Shown: positions 10,105 to 21,006 of the stretch, in pieces
Numbering within the stretch: the stretch's first letter is position 1
Layout: each line of letters opens with the position of its first letter
Assembly (NCBI GenBank): GCA_965215185.1
Contig: OZ244034.1
Location: 3,057,535 to 3,121,534 of the forward strand
Direction of reading: 5' to 3'
DNA from: Acidimicrobiia bacterium
GTDB taxonomy: Bacteria > Actinomycetota > Acidimicrobiia > Spongiisociales > ZC4RG35
DNA length: 64,000 bases
Notes under the pieces: generated by a model
What the model was told of the DNA's origin: nothing
Databases searched by the model: none
The model's input: the letters and a program-made list of their open reading frames with translations, nothing else
Translations under genes and position numbers: made by a program

Positions 10105-11069
10105 TGACCTATCGGGAGGCGGTCGCCTACGGCCTCGCCCAGGAGATGGAGCGGGACGAGACCGTCTACCTGATCGGCGAGGATGTGGCTGCCGCCGGTG
10201 GGGTCTTCAAGACCACACCCGGTCTCCTGGAACGTTTCGGACCCCGCCGGGTGCGGGACACCCCCATCTCGGAGGAGGCGATAATCGGCGCGGTGATGGG
10301 CGCGGCGATGAACGGCCTGCGTCCCGTGGCCGAGATAATGTTCTCCGACTTCCTGGCCACCTGCTGGGATCTTGTAGCCAACCAGATCGCCAAGATCCGC
10401 TACATGACGGACGGCCAGGTGGCCCTGCCGCTGGTCATCAGGACCGCGAACGGTGGCGGGGTGCGCTTCGGGGCCCAGCACTCGCAGAGCCTCGAGAACT
10501 GGGCGATGTCGGTACCCGGCCTCAAGGTCGTTGCCCCCTCGACCCCGCGCGATGTCGTCGAACTGATGGCCGCGTCGATCCGCGATCCCGATCCGGTGAT
10601 CTTCTTCGAGCACAAAGCCCTGTTCGCCACCCGTGGGCCGATTCCGGATGGTGAGCTGGTCGGCGAGCTGGGCAAGGCAGCCGTCGTCCGCTCGGGATCG
10701 GACGCCACCATCCTGGCTCTGGCCGCCATGGTCCCGAAAGCGCTGGCCGCCGCGGAGGATCTGGCGGGACGCGGGATCGACGTTACCGTCGTGGACGTCC
10801 GCTGCCTGGTGCCCCTCGACACGCAGACGATCCTGGGCACGGTGGCCGAGACGGGGCGCGTCTACACGGTCGAGGAGAACCCGCGGTTGTGCGGATGGGG
10901 AGCGGAAGTGGTCTCGATAATCGCCGAGGAGGCTTTCTACGATCTGGACCAGCCGATCGTCCGGATCACCACCGACCACGTCCCGCTGCCGTCCGCCGAT
11001 ATCCTCGAAGACGCCGCCATCCCGTCGGCCGAGCGGATCGTGGCCACAGTGGAGAAGACGATCGAATGA
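10092..11069 (+). CDS. TPP-dependent dehydrogenase E1 beta
   Basis: GEDV, RVRDTPISE, AQHSQ, DPVIFFEHK; GTG start overlaps the alpha stop. Confidence 0.96.
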   Translation: MAELMTYREAVAYGLAQEMERDETVYLIGEDVAAAGGVFKTTPGLLERFGPRRVRDTPISEEAIIGAVMGAAMNGLRPVAEIMFSDFLATCWDLVANQIAKIRYMTDGQVALPLVIRTANGGGVRFGAQHSQSLENWAMSVPGLKVVAPSTPRDVVELMAASIRDPDPVIFFEHKALFATRGPIPDGELVGELGKAAVVRSGSDATILALAAMVPKALAAAEDLAGRGIDVTVVDVRCLVPLDTQTILGTVAETGRVYTVEENPRLCGWGAEVVSIIAEEAFYDLDQPIVRITTDHVPLPSADILEDAAIPSAERIVATVEKTIE

Positions 11070-11436
11070 TGGCGGCAATCGGCAGGCGCCGGTGCATGGC
11101 GATTCCCGCACGGGTACTTGCGTATCGGGGCCGCGAGTCGTCCTGTCGTCTCGCGAAAACCGTCACCGCCGGCTTGCTCGCCGGGCCCTCCCCCACCACC
11201 ACCTTTCCTGGGACCGGAACGCGTTCCGTCCTACCTCTGATCGGGCGGCCCGGTTCCGAGAATCATGATCCCTCGTGGGGTCGAATGACGTCCGTTCGAC
11301 ACCGCTCGGATGTTTGGCATCCCTCACTATGCAACGTGGGTGTGACAACTTCAACCCCCTCGCGCGGTGGACTTCCCGGAAGTGCATACCGGACTAGCGC
11401 GGCGCACCCTTCCGAGCCGGATGCGGGGAGGATCCG

Positions 11437-12330
11437 ATGAGTGACTTCCGGGATGCACGGGTGGGGTTTATCGGCCTCGGTAGGATGGGGTACCCCATGG
11501 CAGCCAACATCGCCCGCGCCGGGTTTCCTCTGACCGTGTGGAACCGGACGGCTTCCAAGTCGGAGGCGCTGGCCGCGGAGACCGGAGCGACGGTAGCGGC
11601 ATCCCCGGCGGATCTGGCACGTGCGGTCGATGTCCTGATCACCATGGTGGCCGATGGCCGGGTCCTGACCGACCTCTACACAGGAGCCGGCGCGATCTGC
11701 GGATCCCTGTCGGCCGGGACCGTCTGCGTGGATATGAGCACCGTGAGTCCGGACGAGTCGCGACAGGTGGCGGCGGCGGTGGAATCCGCAGGGGGACGGT
11801 TCGTCGATGCGCCGGTCTCCGGTAGCACGGCGCCGGCCAGCGCCGGAACCCTGACCATCATGGCCGGGGGTCGGCCCGAGGATGTCGAGCCCCTGCGGCC
11901 GGTCTTCGAAGCGATGGGGTCTCGCCTCTACCACATGGGGCCGGTGGGCTCGGGAGCGACGATCAAGCTGGCGGTCAACTCGATCGTGTACGGCCTCGGG
12001 CAGGCGGTCGCGGAGGCCTTGGTGCTGGCAGAGGCAGCCGGCATCGGCCGGGAGACCGCGTACGAGGTCTTCGCCAACAGCGCCATCGCCGCCCCCTTCG
12101 TTCACTACCGCCAGGAAGCCTTCCTCAGACCGGGCGAGGTACCGGTGGCATTCAGGATGGTCCTGGCCAAGAAGGACCTCGACCTGGCGCTCGATCTGGC
12201 GCGGTCGGTGGGCGCCTCCATGCCGCAGGCCGGCCTCAACCGATCGGAACTGGTGGAGGCCATCGCGGCGGGCTTCGGCGACCACGATATGTCGGCGGTC
12301 GCCGAGCGCCTGCGGGCCGCCCTCACCTGA
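11437..12330 (+). CDS. 3-hydroxyisobutyrate dehydrogenase-family NAD(P) oxidoreductase
   Basis: FIGLGRMGYPMA, DMSTVSP, FVDAPVSG, KLAVN, KDLDLAL. Confidence 0.93.
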   Translation: MSDFRDARVGFIGLGRMGYPMAANIARAGFPLTVWNRTASKSEALAAETGATVAASPADLARAVDVLITMVADGRVLTDLYTGAGAICGSLSAGTVCVDMSTVSPDESRQVAAAVESAGGRFVDAPVSGSTAPASAGTLTIMAGGRPEDVEPLRPVFEAMGSRLYHMGPVGSGATIKLAVNSIVYGLGQAVAEALVLAEAAGIGRETAYEVFANSAIAAPFVHYRQEAFLRPGEVPVAFRMVLAKKDLDLALDLARSVGASMPQAGLNRSELVEAIAAGFGDHDMSAVAERLRAALT

Positions 12331-12475
12331 CGGCAGGAAGCGTTCGCCTGCTTGGACACGCGAAAACCGTTCACGTTAGGATTCACCGGGTTGTCTGGAG
12401 GAAAGGCGGCATCCGGCAACGTCGGAGGTGCCGCGGATGGATGACAGAGCAGGACCCGAGTGAAGGGACGGAAGA

Positions 12476-13528
12476 ATGATGAGAGGTAAGCAGAAGTGGG
12501 CCGTGCTCGTCGCGCTACTGGCACTGGCGCTCGTAGCGTCGAGTTGCGCCGGTGAGGACGATGACACCGCCGGGGGGACGATCGTTGCCTTCATCCCGAC
12601 CACCACCAACACCTACATCGCCGAGTGGGGCCGCGGCGCTCAGGAGAGGGCGGCGGAACTGGGTTACAACCTGGTGATCATCGAGAACAACTTCGACCAG
12701 GCCGAACAGGACACCCAGGTACAGCAGCAGTTGGGCGCGGGCGATGATGACGTGGTGGCCTATGCTTGGTGGCCGTCGGACAACGAAGCCGGGGCGGCCT
12801 CCCTGCGGGCTCTCGCCGATACCGGTGTCCCGGTCATCCAGACCAACCAGTTGCCGTTCCCCGGATCCGAGAGGTACGTGGTCGGTTACGCGGGCGTGAA
12901 CGACAAGCTCAACGGCGAGGTAGCTGCCAACCTGCTCATAGAGGCCCGGGATCACATGATCGCCAATGGGATGGAACTCCACGGCGCCGGCGGGCATGCC
13001 ATCGTCATCGGCTTCGTGGCCGGTTACCAGGCCGGTATCGACCGCTCCGGTGCCGCGCTCCCGATTCTGGCCCGTCAGAATATCAGCGTGCTCGGCGAGG
13101 TCGATGTGGGCTTCGGTCCGGCCGAGGGGTACGACGGGACGAAGCAGTTGATTGCCGCCCATCGCAACGCCGGTATCGACCTGGTGTACGCCCACAACTC
13201 GGCTCTGGCCGAGGGCGTGATCCAGGCCTTGGAGGAAGAGGGCTATCACCCCGGTCAGGACGTGATGGTGGTGGGTGGTACCTGCCACGGCAACCTCGAC
13301 CATCTGATCGACGGCTCGGAGTTCGCCACCGGTCTGCAGGCCGCCCGTCTCGAGGGTGTGTTCAGCATCAACACCCTCGACGAGTACCTCACTGAAGGCA
13401 GCCTGGCGAGCTTCAACAACTTCATTCCCAACCCGCCGGTACACAGCCCGGCCTACACCCCCGGCAGCAACGAGATCGAGACCGTGATGGTCGAGGGCTT
13501 CGGCGTTGCCGACCTCTGCGTCTACTAG
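12476..13528 (+). CDS. Sugar ABC transporter substrate-binding lipoprotein
   Basis: Signal peptide with lipobox (ASSC); Peripla_BP-like sequence. Confidence 0.88.
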   Translation: MMRGKQKWAVLVALLALALVASSCAGEDDDTAGGTIVAFIPTTTNTYIAEWGRGAQERAAELGYNLVIIENNFDQAEQDTQVQQQLGAGDDDVVAYAWWPSDNEAGAASLRALADTGVPVIQTNQLPFPGSERYVVGYAGVNDKLNGEVAANLLIEARDHMIANGMELHGAGGHAIVIGFVAGYQAGIDRSGAALPILARQNISVLGEVDVGFGPAEGYDGTKQLIAAHRNAGIDLVYAHNSALAEGVIQALEEEGYHPGQDVMVVGGTCHGNLDHLIDGSEFATGLQAARLEGVFSINTLDEYLTEGSLASFNNFIPNPPVHSPAYTPGSNEIETVMVEGFGVADLCVY

Positions 13529-13669
13529 CCACTTCGGGATGGTGGGACGGCAGGTCATCGACCGCCGTCCCACCATCGACGACCACAAGACACACCGTGG
13601 GGGTCCGGAGCCACCGGATCGCTGCGAGGAACGAGTGTGCAGGAACGATGGCGTGATCGATAGCAGGAC

Positions 13670-14140
13670 ATGACGGCCACCAACCTGTTCCACGTGGGGG
13701 TGCTGGTGCCCGACCTCGCCGAGGCGACAGCGCGGTTCACCGAAGTGCTGGGTCTCACCTTCAAAGATCCGGCGGTCGCCCACGTCGATCGGTTCGAGCA
13801 GATGTCGCGGATGGAGCAACTCGACCTCCGCATCACGTGGTCCGTGGAGGGTCCGCCTCACCTGGAATTACTCGAATCCCAGGACAACGACGGTCTGTAC
13901 GGGCGGGCACGGGAGGGCCTGCACCACATAGGCCTGTGGGAGCCGGACCCCGAAACCCTCATCGAGCGGTTGCTGGGTCTCGGACTGAAGAAGGAGGCCA
14001 CCCAGTACATGCCGGACGACCGGATCCTGGCCACCTACACCGAGCCGAACGAGTTGTACGGCACCCGCCTCGAGTTCATCGAAGCGGGCCGCCGTCCCGG
14101 TATGGAGGCCTGGCTGGCTGGGGAGGAATGGCTGGACTGA
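13670..14140 (+). CDS. VOC family protein (Glyoxalase_4/epimerase-like)
   Basis: FHVGVLVPDL, HLELLE, GLHHIG, RLEF. Confidence 0.88.
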   Translation: MTATNLFHVGVLVPDLAEATARFTEVLGLTFKDPAVAHVDRFEQMSRMEQLDLRITWSVEGPPHLELLESQDNDGLYGRAREGLHHIGLWEPDPETLIERLLGLGLKKEATQYMPDDRILATYTEPNELYGTRLEFIEAGRRPGMEAWLAGEEWLD

Positions 14141-14231
14141 GTGTCGGAGGTCAGTGGCTGTGGCCGGTGGCCGGTTGAGTTGCCACCGCTCCACCAAGGG
14201 GTGAAACCAGAGCCTTTGCTGATGGTCGGAG

Positions 14232-15140
14232 TTGAAAGGAGTCCCTATCACTCTCTCTGAATCCGCGCCACCGTTCGACCTCACGGCGGGCCATTTCACC
14301 ATCGCCGGTTCACCGGTGGGCGCCGGTTACGGGACCGCGTCACCGTGGCCCTTCGAGGTCCGGGTGGAGGCGGCCGCCGCGGCGGGATACCGCTCGATCG
14401 GGATGGGCGAGGCGGACTACTCGGGAATGCGGGCTGCGGGCATCTCCGACGATGAACTACTGGGCATCCTCGACCGGCACGGGATCTGCGTGGCGGAGAT
14501 CGAGTTCCTCTTCGATTGGATGCACGACGACGAGGCGGCCGGGATCCCGGCCACCATCGCCGAGAACCTCTTCCACATGGCGGAGGTGTTCCGCCCCGAT
14601 CACGTCAACATGGGGGACGTGAGGTTCCCGCCCGGCCGCCCGATGGACGTGGTAGCCGACCGTTTCGGCGCGGTGTGCGACCGGTTGGCGCCGTTCGGTG
14701 TCAAGGCGGCGATAGAGTTCATGCCGTGGACGTCGATCCCCGACCTCGACACGGCATGCGAGGTGATCGAACGCGCCGGTCGAGACAATGCCGGGATAGA
14801 TCTCGACACGTGGCACTACTTCCGCGGCCCGTCCCACCTCGGTCAGCTGGCCGGGGTCGATCCTTCCCTCATCCTGGCCGTGGCTCTGAACGACGCCGGC
14901 CCCCCGCTGGACGACATGGTTCTTGATACCAGCCGGCATCGTCTCCTGCCGGGGGAGGGTACCTTCGACCTGGGGGGCTTCCTCGTTGCGCTGGCTGAGA
15001 CCGGCGCCCGGCCCCTGATGGGAGTGGAGGTCCTCTCCGATCGCCAGACCGCCCTGCATCCCTCGGAGGCGGCCCGGCTGTCCTTCGAAGCCGCTACCGA
15101 GGTCCTGCTGCGGGCGGGTTGGCCGGGAGGGACCGCATGA
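14232..15140 (+). CDS. Sugar phosphate isomerase/epimerase (IolE/xylose isomerase-like TIM barrel)
   Basis: AIEFMPW, LDTWH, LND, RLLPGEG, GVEV. Confidence 0.88.
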   Translation: MKGVPITLSESAPPFDLTAGHFTIAGSPVGAGYGTASPWPFEVRVEAAAAAGYRSIGMGEADYSGMRAAGISDDELLGILDRHGICVAEIEFLFDWMHDDEAAGIPATIAENLFHMAEVFRPDHVNMGDVRFPPGRPMDVVADRFGAVCDRLAPFGVKAAIEFMPWTSIPDLDTACEVIERAGRDNAGIDLDTWHYFRGPSHLGQLAGVDPSLILAVALNDAGPPLDDMVLDTSRHRLLPGEGTFDLGGFLVALAETGARPLMGVEVLSDRQTALHPSEAARLSFEAATEVLLRAGWPGGTA

Positions 15141-16651
15141 CCATGGCCACCGGCGCCCCCCTCCTGCATCTGTACTCGGTCTCGAAGTCCTTCGGTTCGA
15201 TCAGGGCGCTCGATCGGGTCGACTTCGAGGTGCGCTCCGGTGAGGTAATGGCTCTGGTAGGCGAGAACGGGGCCGGGAAGAGCACCCTCGTGAAGATCCT
15301 GGCCGGTATGTACACCCCCGACGAGGGGAGGATCAGCCTGGCGGGGGAAAATGTCGAGTTCAGCGGGGCCACCCGGTCGGAGCAGGCCGGCATCGCGGTG
15401 GTGCAACAGGAACTGTCGCTGGTCCCGACCCTCTCGGTCGCCGACAACATCTTCCTCGGTGATACCAGGCGAGGGTGGAGAGCCACCCCCCGCGCTCTCG
15501 CACAGGCCGCGGCGCCCTTCCTGGCCCAGGTCGGGCTGGGGGATCTCGACCCGCTGAGCCGGGTCGAGCGGCTCACCGTCGCCGAGCGCCAACTCATCGA
15601 GGTCGCCCGCCTCCTGGCGCGGGACGCACGGGTCCTGATCTTCGACGAGCCCACCGCGGCGCTGGCCGACCGTGAGATCGAACGGGTGAAGGCTGTGGTG
15701 CGCGCCCTCCAGTACCAGGGTTGCTCCATCATCTACGTCACCCATCGGCTGGATGAGGTGTTCGAGTTGGCGGACCGGGTCACCGTATTCCGCGACGGGC
15801 GCTCGATCCCTCCCGTTGCCACCGCCGACATCACCCTCGACGAGTTGATCTCGATGATGCTCGGCGGAAGCCTGGTGGCTCTCTTCCCCGACCGGGGCGA
15901 CGTGGCGGCCGGCGATGTGGTGCTCGAGGTGCGGGACCTCCTCACCGAGGCCCTTGCCGTCCCGGTGAACCTCGACGTGCGTGCGGGTGAGATCGTGGGA
16001 CTGGCCGGGCAGCTCGGCAGCGGCGCCAGCGACACGCTCCGGGCCATCGCCGGCCACGAGCCGCGGGTGTCGGGCAGCGTCACGGTGGCCGGCCGCCCGG
16101 TCCCACCCGACTCGCCCGCAGCCGCTATCCGCAGCGGAATCGGCTACAGCTCGTCGGACCGGAAGCGGGACGGGATATTCCTCCAGCGGACCGTGGTCGA
16201 GAACCTGACCTCCCCGAGCCTCGGCCTCGTGTCCACCGGGGGCTGGTTGAGCAGGCGGGCCGAACGGGCCATGAGCGACCGGATCGCCCGGACGTTCACG
16301 ATCGACCGGGCCCGGCTCGGGTCGTTGGCCGGCACGCTCAGCGGAGGGAACCAGCAGAAGGTGGCGGTGGGCAAGTGGACCGGATCGCGGCCCCCGGTGT
16401 TGCTGGTCGATGAGCCGACCCGGGGCGTGGACGTCGGCGCCCGGGCCGAGATCTACAGCCATCTCCGGTCCATCGCCGACGACGGCATGGCCATCGTCAT
16501 CGCCACGTCCGACACCCAGGAGGTGCTAGGGATAGCGGACACCGTGGTCGCCTACTTCCGGGGCGCTCAGGTGAGCATGCGGGACCGGGACGGTACCAAC
16601 TCGAGGCTTCTCACCCGTGAGATCACCCATCCGCAGGAGGCCGGGTCGTGA
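15137..16651 (+). CDS. Sugar ABC transporter ATP-binding protein (two NBDs)
   Basis: GENGAGKST, DEPT, LSGGNQQKV, DEPTRGVDVGA. Confidence 0.97.
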   Translation: MTMATGAPLLHLYSVSKSFGSIRALDRVDFEVRSGEVMALVGENGAGKSTLVKILAGMYTPDEGRISLAGENVEFSGATRSEQAGIAVVQQELSLVPTLSVADNIFLGDTRRGWRATPRALAQAAAPFLAQVGLGDLDPLSRVERLTVAERQLIEVARLLARDARVLIFDEPTAALADREIERVKAVVRALQYQGCSIIYVTHRLDEVFELADRVTVFRDGRSIPPVATADITLDELISMMLGGSLVALFPDRGDVAAGDVVLEVRDLLTEALAVPVNLDVRAGEIVGLAGQLGSGASDTLRAIAGHEPRVSGSVTVAGRPVPPDSPAAAIRSGIGYSSSDRKRDGIFLQRTVVENLTSPSLGLVSTGGWLSRRAERAMSDRIARTFTIDRARLGSLAGTLSGGNQQKVAVGKWTGSRPPVLLVDEPTRGVDVGARAEIYSHLRSIADDGMAIVIATSDTQEVLGIADTVVAYFRGAQVSMRDRDGTNSRLLTREITHPQEAGS

Positions 16652-17625
16652 CCGGCGGTGACGCCGCCCTCGACAGAGCCGGCGCCCCGCCCCGCTCGAT
16701 GGTCGTCCCGCTGGCCGTGCTGGGTGCGGTGGTGACGCTGGGGGTGGTGGGATGGATCACCACACCCGAGTTCATCACCTACCGGAACTTCCAGAGCATT
16801 GTGCGGGCGGCGGCCCTCATCGGGATTATCGCGGTGACGATGACCCTGATCACGATCGCCGGCAGCTTCTTCTCGCTGTCCGTCTCCCAGACTGCCGCCA
16901 TGTCGGCGATTTCCTTCGCCGCCTTCCTGAGTTGGGGATGGCCGGTCTGGGTGGCGCTCGTCTCGGTGATACTGCTGGCCACGGCCGTCGGTGTGCTGCA
17001 GGGCGGTGCGGTCGCCCTCGGTGGCAACCCCATCGTGGTCACGCTGGCGGTGGGGGCGGTGATCTTCGGGATGGTGGCCTGGCTGACGGACAACAAGACG
17101 ATGCGGACCGGCACCGACGCGGCCGAGTGGATAGGTAAGTCCCGCCCGCTGGAGATTCCCATTCAGACGTGGGCCTTCGTAGTGATCACCGCGGCGACCG
17201 CTATCGCGCTCACCCGGACCAGGTTCGGCCGTGAGGTGGCCCTCGTGGGCGCCAACCGTTTCGCGGCCATCACCGCCGGCCTCCGGCCCGGGCGCATCGC
17301 TGTCTACGTCTTTGTGGTGTCGTCGCTCGGTGCGGCCCTGGCCGGGATCTTCACCGCCGCTCAGTTCAGCCAGGGGCGCCTCGACTACTTCGACGGGGTC
17401 GACATCGACGCCATCGCCGCCATCCTGGTGGGTGGCGCCGCCATCCAGGGAGGGGAGGGCTCGGCCACCCGGACCGCGCTCGGGGCGGTCTTCATCGCCG
17501 CCCTCCAGAATCTGATGGTTCTGCGGGGGTTCAGCTTCGGGGTGAGGGTGTTCTTCGCCGGTCTGGCCATCCTCGTGAGCGTGAGTGCGTTCACCCTCAT
17601 CCGCAACCGGAGGCGGCTGGCATGA
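16648..17625 (+). CDS. Sugar ABC transporter permease
   Basis: Multi-TM protein; TRFGR, DAIAAILVGG; 4-bp overlap with the ATPase. Confidence 0.93.
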   Translation: MTGGDAALDRAGAPPRSMVVPLAVLGAVVTLGVVGWITTPEFITYRNFQSIVRAAALIGIIAVTMTLITIAGSFFSLSVSQTAAMSAISFAAFLSWGWPVWVALVSVILLATAVGVLQGGAVALGGNPIVVTLAVGAVIFGMVAWLTDNKTMRTGTDAAEWIGKSRPLEIPIQTWAFVVITAATAIALTRTRFGREVALVGANRFAAITAGLRPGRIAVYVFVVSSLGAALAGIFTAAQFSQGRLDYFDGVDIDAIAAILVGGAAIQGGEGSATRTALGAVFIAALQNLMVLRGFSFGVRVFFAGLAILVSVSAFTLIRNRRRLA

Positions 17626-18623
17626 GGCGGCCGGCGGCGCGAGTCGAGACGATCACGTGGGCCCGCCTGGCGTTGTTCGTGGGCGTGTTCGTGGTCTTCG
17701 CCATTGCTGACCGGCGTTTCGCCGCAGCCAACAACATCTTCACGATCTTCGAAGGTTTCGCCTGGCTGGGACTCGCCGCGCTGGCGGTCGGATTGACCAT
17801 CATCGCCGGCGAACTCGACCTCTCGGTCGGCTCGGTGGCTGCCGTCGCGGGGATCGTTGCCGTTTCCGTGGTCGAGGACATCGGCCTGGTCGCGGCGGTG
17901 GTGGTGGCGACCCTCCTCGGCCTCGCGTTCGGGGCCGCCCAGGGATACCTGATCCACCGGCTGAAGATCCACTCGCTGGTGTTCACCCTCGGGACGCTGA
18001 TCGGGTTGCGGGGCCTAGCCTTCATGATCTCGGGAGAGAACACCGTAGTCATGAAGAACCTCGACATCGCCGACGCGGTCCGCCACCAGCTCTGGATCTT
18101 CTCGCCCTTCAGCCTGGTGACGATCCTCGTGTTCGCCCTTGTCGGCCTGTTCCTCGTATACACCCGGTTCGGTCGGGAGATCTTCGCCATTGGAGGCGGG
18201 CGCCAGGAGGCGGCCGCGGCCGGCGTTCCGCTGGTACGTCCCCTGGTGCTGACCTTCGCCCTGTCCGGGTCCATGGCGGCCCTCGCCGGTGCGCTCACCT
18301 CGATCAAGTCGGGGAGCGCCGGGCCGGCCGCCTTCCAACAGCTGCTCCTTCCGGCGGCCACCGCGGCCCTGATCGGCGGGGTCAGCCTGCTGGGCGGCAA
18401 GGGTTCCGTCTACGGGATCGCCGTCGGGACGCTCACGCTGCGGTTCATCACCAGCGGGTTGAGTCTGGGAGGCGCGCCGTTCTACGTTCTGACGCTGGCC
18501 ACGGGGGCGGTCCTCATCGTGGTGGTGGTGCTCGAACTGGTCGTCGAGCGGCCGGCGGTGCGGGCCGGGCTGCGGCGATGGCGGACTCGCCGGCGCGCCC
18601 AGGCGCGAGGTCAGCCGGGGTGA
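17622..18623 (+). CDS. Sugar ABC transporter permease
   Basis: GELDLSVGS, TRFGREIFAIGG, IGGVSLLGGKG. Confidence 0.94.
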   Translation: MRRPAARVETITWARLALFVGVFVVFAIADRRFAAANNIFTIFEGFAWLGLAALAVGLTIIAGELDLSVGSVAAVAGIVAVSVVEDIGLVAAVVVATLLGLAFGAAQGYLIHRLKIHSLVFTLGTLIGLRGLAFMISGENTVVMKNLDIADAVRHQLWIFSPFSLVTILVFALVGLFLVYTRFGREIFAIGGGRQEAAAAGVPLVRPLVLTFALSGSMAALAGALTSIKSGSAGPAAFQQLLLPAATAALIGGVSLLGGKGSVYGIAVGTLTLRFITSGLSLGGAPFYVLTLATGAVLIVVVVLELVVERPAVRAGLRRWRTRRRAQARGQPG

Positions 18624-19378
18624 TACACGATCTGGGGATCACGAATATGTCCGTGCGGGCGCCGGACCGGGTAGTCATGGGTCCGGGGGCCTTCGACGAT
18701 CCCCGGATGCTGATATCGGTGGGTGTGCTCGGCAAGGGGGACTCGGTGGCGCCGCGGCCGTCCGGGCCCGGCCGGGAAGAGGTATGGATCGTCCTGGATC
18801 CCGGAGTGGAGACCCTCGGGGCCGGCGTCTCCGCGCTACGCCGCGAGCCGGGTATCCTGGCCGGCTTCTCGGGGTCGGTGCACGGGCTGGCCAACCCGGG
18901 TACCACTCCCATTCGCTACATACGAGTAGCCATGGGCGATGCTCTCACCGAGGACATCCCCGTAGCGGCACCGGCGGACCCGGAATGGGAACCGCTCGAT
19001 CAAATTCGGCTGGAGGCCACCAAAGCCCACGACGGTATGGGCGAGATCCGGTTCCGGAGATTGTGGGACGAGGAGCGGTTCGCCACCCCCTGGGGGTTCG
19101 TCGATCACGCGGTTGTCGATTCGGGAACTTCGGTCGGGTATCACCGCCACGATACGGTCCAGGAGTGCTACCTCATCCTCGACGGGACCGGCATCATGAA
19201 GGTCGACGACACCGTTTTCGAAGTGGGGCCCGGCGGCTGCGTCCCCAACCGCCTGGGAGGTTGCCACGGTCTCGTGGCCCATCGGGAACCGGTGGAGTTC
19301 ATCAACCTGGCCCTCTACACGGAGGGTCGTTTCGACGTGACCGACCTGGGCGACGATCTGTCAGGCTGCCTGCCGTAG
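18620..19378 (+). CDS. Cupin domain protein (probably bicupin)
   Basis: GYHRH...ECYLILDG...HG cupin motif; GTG start overlaps the permease stop. Confidence 0.85.
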   Translation: MIHDLGITNMSVRAPDRVVMGPGAFDDPRMLISVGVLGKGDSVAPRPSGPGREEVWIVLDPGVETLGAGVSALRREPGILAGFSGSVHGLANPGTTPIRYIRVAMGDALTEDIPVAAPADPEWEPLDQIRLEATKAHDGMGEIRFRRLWDEERFATPWGFVDHAVVDSGTSVGYHRHDTVQECYLILDGTGIMKVDDTVFEVGPGGCVPNRLGGCHGLVAHREPVEFINLALYTEGRFDVTDLGDDLSGCLP

Positions 19379-20223
19379 TCGCATCGACCGGGAACTCCTA
19401 TGTCTCGTGCCGTCCGGCCGGGGGTGTGCGGGTAGGCGCCGGACCCGGGGAACGAGCCTGGTGACGGTTGGTTGGTTCGTGGCGACGACCAGGGATCGGA
19501 CAGGCTGAATCTGGCCCGGGGAGTGGGCGATGCAGACCCCTCCGGCGGCTCATCCTCGGGGTGGCGTCACCAGATCGCGAAAAACGCCGCCGCCGACCTC
19601 TCCGCCGGGCCCACCCCCACCACCACCCAGCCAGGTCTCAGAGCGCGTTCTCCCCGCCCCCGGTGGGCTGTCCTATGCCGCGATTCGTGATCCCACGGGC
19701 GGTCGAAGGACATCCGGTTCGACACCGCCCAGGTGTTTGGTACTTCCATTGTGCAACATGGTCGTGACAGGATCAACCCCCTCGCGCGAGCAGGGTTCTC
19801 TCGAGTCGGCCTCCCGTCTGCCAGGGCCCTTTCAGGCGAGTACTCAAGACCGGGTGAAATGGTTGGGCCACCGTCCGGTGACCTGGCATTTTGGCATCGA
19901 CGGTCGGGCCAACCGGCCCGGCGGGTCTTGACACCCTGCCAGTCCCGTACCGGTCGAACGAGACCGGCAACGAAGGCTCTGATGTGCCTGGCCGCCCCGA
20001 GCGGAGGGTGTTGATGTGCTACGAACAGTTGCCGCAATGACGACGGCGGGCCGGAGCCGGCCGAACCCGGCGGTCTTGGGAGAGCGGTTGCGTGCCGTTA
20101 GTGTGACCGGGCTTCGCAATGCCGAAGCGGTCGAGGAGGTGCGGCTGTAAACCAGGTGCCGCAGGACCCGCCGACCGGCTCCGGTCTTCGTGTCCATGCT
20201 GTTCGAGATAGGGGAGTGGCGGG

Positions 20224-21006
20224 TTGCAACGTCCTGATCAAGACGGATCGCGGTCTCGGGGTCATGCCTCGGCCGGTGCGCTACGGGATCCGGCCGCCCG
20301 GATAGCGGGCGGGTTGTTGCTCCTGACCGCACTGGCAACGGTTGCCATGGTGGTCGGCCGGGTCGGCTCCGGCGCGGATGAACCCACGCTTGCCGAATCC
20401 CTCACCTCCATATCGCGGAGCCAGGGCCTGTACACGCTGAGCGGCGCCGGTCGGCTGCTCTCGGGGATCACCTTGATCACCGCGGCCCGGTACCTCTCCA
20501 GAACACGGATCATCAAGGAACGGTACGCCTCCTCGCTCACGCCGGCCTTCTTCTCGGTGTCGGGCGTCTTCACCGCAGTGTCGGGCGCGCTGGCGATCGC
20601 CCTGGCGGTGCTGGCATCCGATGTCGCTCTGCTCGGTGCCGGATCGCCCACCTACTCCCTGGCTGAGACGACGGCGGACATCAGGTGGCTCACCGGCAAG
20701 ATCGGCTTCGCGGCAGCCGGGCTGGCGTTACTCCTCATATCCCGGTACCCATGGCGGGTCGGGGGTCCACTCCGATACGTCGCGCCCTCGTCGTCGGTGG
20801 TCGGAGCTGCCATGCAGTTCATCTGGGTCGACTCCGCACCCGTCGCCCACCCGGTCGTAGGCGCCGCCTTCCTCCTCTGGCTGGTCGCCGTCGGGTGGAT
20901 GCTCCTGACCGGCCGGGCCGAGGAGCAGCTGCTGTTCATGGATACGCAGTCCGGCCGTGACGCTCCCCCCGGAGGGGGAGTGCACACCGGCGGTGATGGG
21001 AGGTAG
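20224..21006 (+). CDS. Multi-pass membrane protein (DUF4386-like); start uncertain
   Basis: About six hydrophobic segments. Confidence 0.6.
   Translation: MQRPDQDGSRSRGHASAGALRDPAARIAGGLLLLTALATVAMVVGRVGSGADEPTLAESLTSISRSQGLYTLSGAGRLLSGITLITAARYLSRTRIIKERYASSLTPAFFSVSGVFTAVSGALAIALAVLASDVALLGAGSPTYSLAETTADIRWLTGKIGFAAAGLALLLISRYPWRVGGPLRYVAPSSSVVGAAMQFIWVDSAPVAHPVVGAAFLLWLVAVGWMLLTGRAEEQLLFMDTQSGRDAPPGGGVHTGGDGR

Noticed and set aside
3552-18400. Long antisense ORFs (e.g. 3552-4637, 7629-9152, 12515-13861, 14843-16462)
   Set aside because: Shadow frames of well-supported high-GC genes
19380-20220. ncRNA or riboswitch in the 840-bp intergenic region
   Set aside because: Several GC-rich stems but no family motif I can recognise; needs an Rfam/Infernal scan
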